Assembly (NCBI GenBank): GCA_965263295.1
Contig: OZ253665.1
Span: 992,001-1,056,000, forward strand
DNA length: 64,000 nt
From: Spirochaetia bacterium
GTDB taxonomy: Bacteria > Spirochaetota > Spirochaetia > SP-2023
Reading direction: 5' to 3'
Shown piece after piece: positions 48,620-64,000 of this stretch; position 1 is the stretch's first letter; the number at the start of each line of letters is the position of its first letter. The position numbers and the translations under genes were made by a program. The notes under the pieces are model-generated. The model ran no database searches and was not told the origin of the DNA. It was given only the letters and a program-made list of their open reading frames with translations.

Positions 48620-49840
48620 GTGACTGCCAACAAAATCTCTCGTCATTGCCCAAATACTCACCCAGGCATTCGCCCGGCCAATGATTTGCCCCGAACTGAG
48701 GGGAAGCCAAGCATACTCTTTCTCAGCGGTGGAACTTCGGCGGAAAACCAGGTTGCGCTGCTTTCGGCCCAGAATGTATATGGCCATATTGACTTTGAGC
48801 GATTCAATGTCGTGCCGGTGCTGATTAGCCCGGACGGCCAGTGGTTCTGCCTGCAGCCAGAGCAAAGCCGGCGATGGCCGGACTTGTTGCGAGCCGAATT
48901 TCTAGCTGCCATTGAGGCGCGTTGTGAGCGCGCGTATCTGCAGCCTGTCGCCGGAGGTCTGGAAATCTTGAGCTCCTCGCGCCGGGCGCGAGTCGACCTG
49001 ATTTTCCCCATCTTGCATGGCCCCTGCGGTGAAGATGGCACGCTACAAGGTCTGGCCCAGTTTTTCGCCGTGCCCGTGGTCGGTTCAGACATGAGTGGTT
49101 CGCTGCTGAGCATGGACAAGGTCTTGATGAAGGGCATATTGCAAAACGAGGGCATACCCAGCGCACGTTATCACAGTTATTGCCGCGCGGAACTGGCGGA
49201 GGCGGCGCACGAGCCGGATGCGGGGCAATTATCGCGCAGCTATCGCGCGCTGGGCGAGGAACTCTTCGCTTTGTGGCAGTGTCCTGCCTTGTTTGTCAAG
49301 CCGGCGCGCATGGGTTCGTCCGTCGGCATATCGCAGGTAAAGCGCGTCGAGGAACTGGGGGCGGCGCTGCAATTAGCCCTGCGTCACGACGACCGCTTGC
49401 TGATTGAAGAGGGATTTTGCGCCCGCGAGCTCGAACTGGCCGTGCTGGAGTTAGACGGCGAGCAACGCCGCCTTCAGGTTTCCAACGCGGCGCAAATACG
49501 CAGTAACGGCGAATTTTACAGCTACGAACAAAAATATTTTCCCGAAAAACAGGACAAGCCCCTGGTGGTGGAACCGTATAATGATTTGAGCGCGGCCGTG
49601 ATTGCACGGGCCCGCAAGCTGGCCGAAGAGGCCTTCCGCGCCTTGCGCCCCTGCCACTATGCGCGTGTCGACCTCTTTTACCTGGAAGCGGAGGATCGCC
49701 TGCTCTTCAATGAACTCAATACGATTCCGGGTTTTACCGCCAACAGTATGTTCCCCCAATTGATGGCCGCCGAGGGCTGGCCCATGCCGCGCCTGGTGCC
49801 GCACTTGATTGATCTGGCGCTGCGCGGGCGGCGCACTTAG
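48620..49840 (+). CDS. ddl: D-alanine--D-alanine ligase
   Basis: GGTSAE, LHGPCGEDG, MDK, VKPARMGSSVG, FYSYEQKY, ARVD, NELNTIPGFT. Confidence 0.95.
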   Translation: MTANKISRHCPNTHPGIRPANDLPRTEGKPSILFLSGGTSAENQVALLSAQNVYGHIDFERFNVVPVLISPDGQWFCLQPEQSRRWPDLLRAEFLAAIEARCERAYLQPVAGGLEILSSSRRARVDLIFPILHGPCGEDGTLQGLAQFFAVPVVGSDMSGSLLSMDKVLMKGILQNEGIPSARYHSYCRAELAEAAHEPDAGQLSRSYRALGEELFALWQCPALFVKPARMGSSVGISQVKRVEELGAALQLALRHDDRLLIEEGFCARELELAVLELDGEQRRLQVSNAAQIRSNGEFYSYEQKYFPEKQDKPLVVEPYNDLSAAVIARARKLAEEAFRALRPCHYARVDLFYLEAEDRLLFNELNTIPGFTANSMFPQLMAAEGWPMPRLVPHLIDLALRGRRT

Positions 49841-49890
49841 CCGCTTAACTTTTAACTTTCTTTATTGGCACTTGAAGCTTAAATAAAGGA

Positions 49891-50511
49891 TTATTGATAT
49901 TTTTTATCAATATATTTTTTTTGTTCATGAAACTCTTTAAGTTTGCTCTTGAGGGTTTGGATATCCAGGAGATTCTGCAAACCCTTGACATCGTCCAGGT
50001 CTAGATGGGCTTCCACTGAATCAAGGGTTATGTATTCATTGTTGATATCTGTGAGCTCGCTGGTGGATAAAATCAATTGATGCCGGGTGGGGCTTCGCGA
50101 ATAAAAAGAATATTTAATTCTACCTTTGGAAAGATATGGTCCGGATGAGAAATAGTCAAAATATACATCTAATAAGCCTGATTGAGAAATTTCTTTGTCT
50201 ATTTCATCTCCATCACGGCTGGCCATTGCTGCCCAATCCAGGTATTTTTGAATGGCTTTCCTAAAGGTAGCAATTTCACCTTTATCCATAACCCAAAAAG
50301 AATATACTGAATCATCAAACTCTAAATATAAACGGTATAATTGTCTTTCCTCATTATAAAGAATTCCTCCATAACGATCCGTGTACTTTTGCCAGATTCC
50401 GTCATAGCATTGCCATTTGAAAGTACCTATGAGAATATAACTACTTTCACCGTAAAGCTTTGTACATGTAATTATTAAAAATAAAAAAATTATGAATTTG
50501 CAAGTCTTCAT
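49891..50511 (-). CDS. Exported hypothetical protein (AT-rich)
   Basis: 206 aa ORF with a signal peptide, on the opposite strand between ddl and murG. Confidence 0.7.
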   Translation of the reverse strand: MKTCKFIIFLFLIITCTKLYGESSYILIGTFKWQCYDGIWQKYTDRYGGILYNEERQLYRLYLEFDDSVYSFWVMDKGEIATFRKAIQKYLDWAAMASRDGDEIDKEISQSGLLDVYFDYFSSGPYLSKGRIKYSFYSRSPTRHQLILSTSELTDINNEYITLDSVEAHLDLDDVKGLQNLLDIQTLKSKLKEFHEQKKYIDKKYQ

Positions 50512-50644
50512 TATTATATCCTGATTAAATCCTGCAGCCTGAAATGGAATAGTTGCAGGATAATCGAAAAGTAACGCTGCGTCAAACGGGCATTAGACTA
50601 TTCCGGTTTTAATAAACTAGTTTTTATAATATAATCAATGCCGT

Positions 50645-52048
50645 ATGTCCGCGCCGCAAATGCCACAGCGACCAACTGAGGAAATGCCTCAAACCTGCCA
50701 AACGCAGTCGGTAGGCCACAGCCGCCCGCGCTTGCGCCTGGCGCTCAGCGGCGGCGGGACCGGCGGCCACGTCTACCCGGCCCTGGCGATACTGGAAGCC
50801 CTCGCACAAGTCGCTCGCAAACCAGAAGCGCAAACCGTGATTGAGGTCGTCTGGCTCGGCGGCAAAAGCGGTATTGAAAGAGAAATTGTTGCCCAGTATG
50901 CCCAAAACGAGGATGGCCAAAATTTGAGCTTGGAATACTGCGGAATTTCGTGTGGCAAGCTGCGCCGCTACTTTTCCTGGAAAAACTTCACGGACCTGCT
51001 GCGCGTTGCTTTAGGCATTTGGCAGAGTTACCGCCTTTTGCGGCGCAAGCGTCCCGACTTGCTGTTTTCTAAAGGTGGCTTTGTCAGCGTGCCGGGCCTG
51101 ATTGCCGCCCGGCTGCTGGGCATTCCGTGCCTGGGCCACGAGTCCGACCTCGACCCCGGCTTGGCTACGCGCCTGAGCCTGCCGCTGGTGAAGGCAATGT
51201 TTCTTCCCTATGAGGAGAGCCGCAAGTACTACAAGGCAAAATACCAGAGCAAGCTCAAAGTCAGTGGCAACCCTGTGCGCCGCGAGTTTTACGCGGATGC
51301 CCACCCAATCGGACAGGCGCAAAAAACCGCACGGGAACTGCAGCTGCTCCCCTCCAGCTGGTTTGATGCCGCCGGGAAACTGCGCCGCCCTTTGATATTA
51401 GTACTCGGAGGCAGCCTGGGCTCTTGGGAAATCAACAGTTACTTGCGCTGCTGGCTCAAAGAGCCGATTCAAAATCGAAACTGGCTGAATAATTATTATA
51501 TTCTGCACCAGTGCGGGCAGCGTGACTACGTGGAACTGCAGCACCTTGAAAGACTTCTGGAATTCGAGAACTTTTATCGTGTACGATCGTTTATCCCCAA
51601 AGGCCTGGCGGCCATATACCAGATCTGCCGCGATAGCGGCGGCCTGGTGGTTTCGCGCGCCGGAGCCGGCTCGCTCTGGGAGATTCTGGCCAGTGGAAAC
51701 CGTTCGGTACTCGTGCCGCTGCAAACGGGCAGCCGAGGCGACCAGCTGCGCAACGCTAGACTTTTTAGCCAAAAAGCTTGGGCCCACTGCTTTGTCGCCA
51801 ACCCTCCCCCCCCGGCCAAGCCGGCAGGAGAGCCGCGCGATGGCAATATACAAAGAAACAGCCAAAAATTACTTGAGCAAATTCTGCTGATTCTTCATGA
51901 TGAGAGTTTCGCCTCCATGGATAGTTCCATTGGTAGCTCAGTGGAGAGTTCGCAATGTCCGGAGCTGGTATCCGCTGAGGTCCATCCGGGTATTGGCGCC
52001 GCCGAGCATATCGCCAACGAGATATGGCGCCGTTTGCAAGCTAAGTAA
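50645..52048 (+). CDS. murG: Lipid I N-acetylglucosaminyltransferase MurG
   Basis: GGGTGGHVYP, GKLRRY, SKGGFVSVP, HESD, GNPVR, GGSLGS, SRAGAG. Confidence 0.95.
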   Translation: MSAPQMPQRPTEEMPQTCQTQSVGHSRPRLRLALSGGGTGGHVYPALAILEALAQVARKPEAQTVIEVVWLGGKSGIEREIVAQYAQNEDGQNLSLEYCGISCGKLRRYFSWKNFTDLLRVALGIWQSYRLLRRKRPDLLFSKGGFVSVPGLIAARLLGIPCLGHESDLDPGLATRLSLPLVKAMFLPYEESRKYYKAKYQSKLKVSGNPVRREFYADAHPIGQAQKTARELQLLPSSWFDAAGKLRRPLILVLGGSLGSWEINSYLRCWLKEPIQNRNWLNNYYILHQCGQRDYVELQHLERLLEFENFYRVRSFIPKGLAAIYQICRDSGGLVVSRAGAGSLWEILASGNRSVLVPLQTGSRGDQLRNARLFSQKAWAHCFVANPPPPAKPAGEPRDGNIQRNSQKLLEQILLILHDESFASMDSSIGSSVESSQCPELVSAEVHPGIGAAEHIANEIWRRLQAK

Positions 52049-52080
52049 AAATGAAACAAAGACAACAAATAAGAGGGGGT

Positions 52081-52587
52081 ATGCATTTCATGGATGATTT
52101 TTCTATTTCCATATTAGACCTGTTATTAGTCATATTGACCGTATTTCTGGGCTTCCGTAGTTTGTTCAAAGGTGTAATTAGAGCCATTTTCTCGTTTCTG
52201 GGTATCAGCGCCGCCTATTTGGCCGCCTCCCTGTATTATAAACCGGTTGCCCTGAAACTCGCCGGCGTTCTGGGGCAAGCGCCCTGGCTCAATCTGGCCG
52301 GTTTTAGCGTGCTGTTCTTGCTTGTGATCTTCGCCTTTGCCATATTTGAAGCCACTTTATTGCATTCCTTTGTTCCCAATGTTTCCGCCAAGGATGTCGC
52401 CGGCTTGCTGGCCTTTGCCCTCGGTTTGCTGGAGGGCTTCTTGCTCTGTTCCGCCATAATTTGGGTACTACACAATTCTAATCTACCGAATTCCAAAGCC
52501 ATTTTTCAAAACAGTGTTTTCGCGCCCTACTACCTCAATTATAACCCTTTGTTATTCGGCCTTGAGAACCGACTAAGTCCAGGGTGA
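52081..52587 (+). CDS. cvpA: CvpA family membrane protein
   Basis: ILDLLLVIL..GFRSLFKGVIR, four TM helices, terminal SVFAPY; follows murG. Confidence 0.8.
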   Translation: MHFMDDFSISILDLLLVILTVFLGFRSLFKGVIRAIFSFLGISAAYLAASLYYKPVALKLAGVLGQAPWLNLAGFSVLFLLVIFAFAIFEATLLHSFVPNVSAKDVAGLLAFALGLLEGFLLCSAIIWVLHNSNLPNSKAIFQNSVFAPYYLNYNPLLFGLENRLSPG

Positions 52588-52624
52588 TTTAAGGGTGATT
52601 TGAGAGTAATTTAAGGGTGATTTG
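52581..52624. repeat. 11-bp degenerate tandem repeat (agggtgattt[a/g]) x4 starting at the cvpA stop codon
   Basis: agggtgattta agggtgatttg agagtaattta agggtgatttg. Confidence 0.8.
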
Positions 52625-53623
52625 CCTGAGATGAACCGCGCAGTCCGTATGTTATTTGTCCGTCATTCTGCCTCTTGTTTGTGCGGCGTCATATGCCTTG
52701 TGTGCGCCGGCTTTTTCCTTGCGTGTCAACAACCGGGCCTGCGGACGGCATATGACTACAGCGGTTTATTGCCGGATCAACAATTATTGTATTTGAGCCT
52801 GAGCACACAGCCGCAGGCCGCGAAAGCCGGTTTTCCGTATCGGCAGGTTCAGGCAAAGTTCCTGCAAGAAAAAAGGTTACAGAATTTTGTGGCCAAACGC
52901 CTGCTGCGCAGTCAGGCTGCCTTGGGCCCGCAGGGCCAGTTTTGCGCCGTAAATCAATTAGTGCTGGACAGTAAAGTATTTCGCCGGCAAATGGCCAAGC
53001 AAGACATTTGGCAGCCAATCGCTCAAGTGCCCGGCGCCTATCTGCACAGCAGCGGGCAGCAGGCACTGCAAATGCCAGAGCGCAATCTGCTCTATCTGAG
53101 CCAAGGCCCACAACAAAGCGTAGTTCTACGAGGCAAAGAACAGCAAGATTTCTACCACTTGTTACAGAGTGGAAACCAACGCAGCCAGTTGCCGCAGAAG
53201 TTTCGCGATTTGCAGAACGAAGTGCCCCTGGTGGTCTACAGCTCACACGTGATCGATCTGATTGTCCACCCATTACTGCAAAAAGCATTTCCCGCAACTC
53301 TGTCTTCATTTTCCAAAGTCAGCAGACAGTTCCCCGTCTCCGGGCTGCTCGTCTGGATTGCCGTAACGGCTAATAAAAAGGCGCCATTTGCGCTGCACCT
53401 GGAACTGACGAGCAAGTCTTCGCTGCTGAGCAAAGGTTTGGAGGCGGGCTTTCGGCTGTTTTTGCCCAGTCTGATTTTGCGTTCCAAGCAGGAATTTATT
53501 CGCAAACAATTGCCCAATATACGCCTGGAAAGCGTTGGACAGGATTTGCTGTTTGAGCTCCCCCTAGATGTGGATAGCCTGGCCCATATCCTTGAACAGT
53601 TGAAATTCGCGCCGGGCAAGTAG
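52622..53623 (+). CDS. Hypothetical lipoprotein
   Basis: Hydrophobic N-region ending in FFLAC; lies in the murG-cvpA-X-trmB run. Start uncertain. Confidence 0.65.
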   Translation: MPEMNRAVRMLFVRHSASCLCGVICLVCAGFFLACQQPGLRTAYDYSGLLPDQQLLYLSLSTQPQAAKAGFPYRQVQAKFLQEKRLQNFVAKRLLRSQAALGPQGQFCAVNQLVLDSKVFRRQMAKQDIWQPIAQVPGAYLHSSGQQALQMPERNLLYLSQGPQQSVVLRGKEQQDFYHLLQSGNQRSQLPQKFRDLQNEVPLVVYSSHVIDLIVHPLLQKAFPATLSSFSKVSRQFPVSGLLVWIAVTANKKAPFALHLELTSKSSLLSKGLEAGFRLFLPSLILRSKQEFIRKQLPNIRLESVGQDLLFELPLDVDSLAHILEQLKFAPGK

Positions 53624-53671
53624 CCGGGCAAGTAGCCGGTAACTAGTTCGGTGAATATCTAGGTCGCCACC

Positions 53672-54442
53672 ATGCAGAAATCAGGGCAGGAACCACGGCA
53701 GGAACCACGGCGTTGTTACTCGCAGAAGAGCATTCGCAGCTTTGTGGTGCGCTCGGGAAAGTTCACCAGGGGTCAAGAGGCTAATTATCGCAAACTTAAC
53801 TCTAAATATTGCCTGGATTATCACGACTTCGGCGCGCACACGGGAGATCCTGTATGCCAATCTGAACGGCAAGCTTATTGGCAGCGACGGCGACAAGAAT
53901 GTCAGGCCCAGTCCCTGCTTTGCGAAATCGGTTTCGGCACTGGCTCGGCGACCTGGAAGCTTGCCCAGATGCACCCAGAGGCCCTGTACCTGGGAATTGA
54001 GGTCTATCGTGGCGGCATTGCCGCGCTGATGCAAAAGGCCGAAGAGATGGGGCTGGAAAACTTGCGCATCGTCGAGCACGACGCCCTGGAAGTCCTCGAA
54101 AACATGCTGCCACCGGCCAGCCTGGACGGCTTGCATATATTTTTCCCCGATCCCTGGCCCAAAAAACGTCACCGCAAGCGCCGCATCGTCAATGCGCAAA
54201 GCTTGCGATTGTTTTACAGCCGTTTAAAGCCCGGCGCCTACCTGTATTTTGTCACGGACTGGGTGGACTACGCGGAAACAATCCGTGAACTGGTGTGGGA
54301 ACAGTCCGACTCATGGGCTTTTGAAGCTGATGCGGACGGCTACTCTCGGCGCCGCAATTGGCGGGCGCAAAGTAAATTTGAAACAAAAGCTAGCCGGGAA
54401 GGCCGCCATAGCTTTGAATTGTTTTTGCGCAAACGAGTTTAA
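53672..54442 (+). CDS. trmB: tRNA (guanine-N7)-methyltransferase
   Basis: IRSFVVRSG, EIGFGTG, LGIEVY, FFPDPWPKKRHRKRR, TDWVDYA, SKFE. Confidence 0.96.
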   Translation: MQKSGQEPRQEPRRCYSQKSIRSFVVRSGKFTRGQEANYRKLNSKYCLDYHDFGAHTGDPVCQSERQAYWQRRRQECQAQSLLCEIGFGTGSATWKLAQMHPEALYLGIEVYRGGIAALMQKAEEMGLENLRIVEHDALEVLENMLPPASLDGLHIFFPDPWPKKRHRKRRIVNAQSLRLFYSRLKPGAYLYFVTDWVDYAETIRELVWEQSDSWAFEADADGYSRRRNWRAQSKFETKASREGRHSFELFLRKRV

Positions 54443-54763
54443 AGATTGCGAAGTCAAATATACAGAATTAAGGACACCGCGTAGAAAGTCAATAATTCTG
54501 ATAAAGAAAATCATTTTTTATCTCAAGATGATTAACTTATTACCGAATATAGGATATATCTTAGAGTCTTGTGCACCGGTCTGGCTCACAATAAAAGGAG
54601 GTGAATATCGGTTAAAAATACTTTTTTTGTAACCGTTTGCCACAGCGGCAATTTTTAGAAACGACTCTGAGAATTACCTTGAAGTCGTTTGTTTAACGTT
54701 TTCATTAGCGTTTAGGTAATTTATATTTTTAATTTTTTATATTTAATTTTAAGGAATTTCACA

Positions 54764-64000
<9,237 letters not shown>

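Noticed and set aside
47777..48865. 362-aa minus-strand ORF
   Set aside because: Antisense shadow of the FGE and ddl genes in GC-rich sequence; no motifs.
54249..54632. 127-aa + strand ORF overlapping the end of trmB
   Set aside because: Out-of-frame overlap running into intergenic DNA with no recognisable features.

Overview
Bacterial chromosomal window, most likely from a host-associated spirochaete (spirochaete-type RpoZ and Cmk, a TP0733-like beta-barrel, spirochaetal lipoboxes; taxonomy is inference). Bases 1-54,450 are mostly housekeeping genes (miaA, rpoZ, nth, rseP, lysA, deoA, comEC, msrBA, polA, guaA, carD, ispF, a two-component pair, surE, pepN, metA, murC, yicC, cmk, ddl, murG, trmB) with several AT-rich islets, including a nupC fragment plus deoA that looks acquired. 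The main finding is absent from the ORF track because it runs off the window end: an AT-rich frame open from about 54,798 to beyond 64,000, encoding a giant (>3,040 aa) surface lipoprotein. It has 8 capped leucine-rich-repeat blocks interleaved with at least 14 copies of a ~65-75 aa module resembling the mycoplasma lipoprotein-17 domain. Its ATG (54,764) is out of frame with its lipobox across an (AT)14 microsatellite, which fits an ON/OFF phase-variable switch currently OFF. Also notable: many short tandem duplications at gene starts and stops (including a repeated RBS+ATG unit), two VNTRs in the pepN/metA promoter region, insertion-lengthened housekeeping proteins, and a possible ~46 kb inversion splitting murC-yicC-cmk from rpoZ-miaA. 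No rRNA, tRNA, CRISPR array or transposase was recognised.
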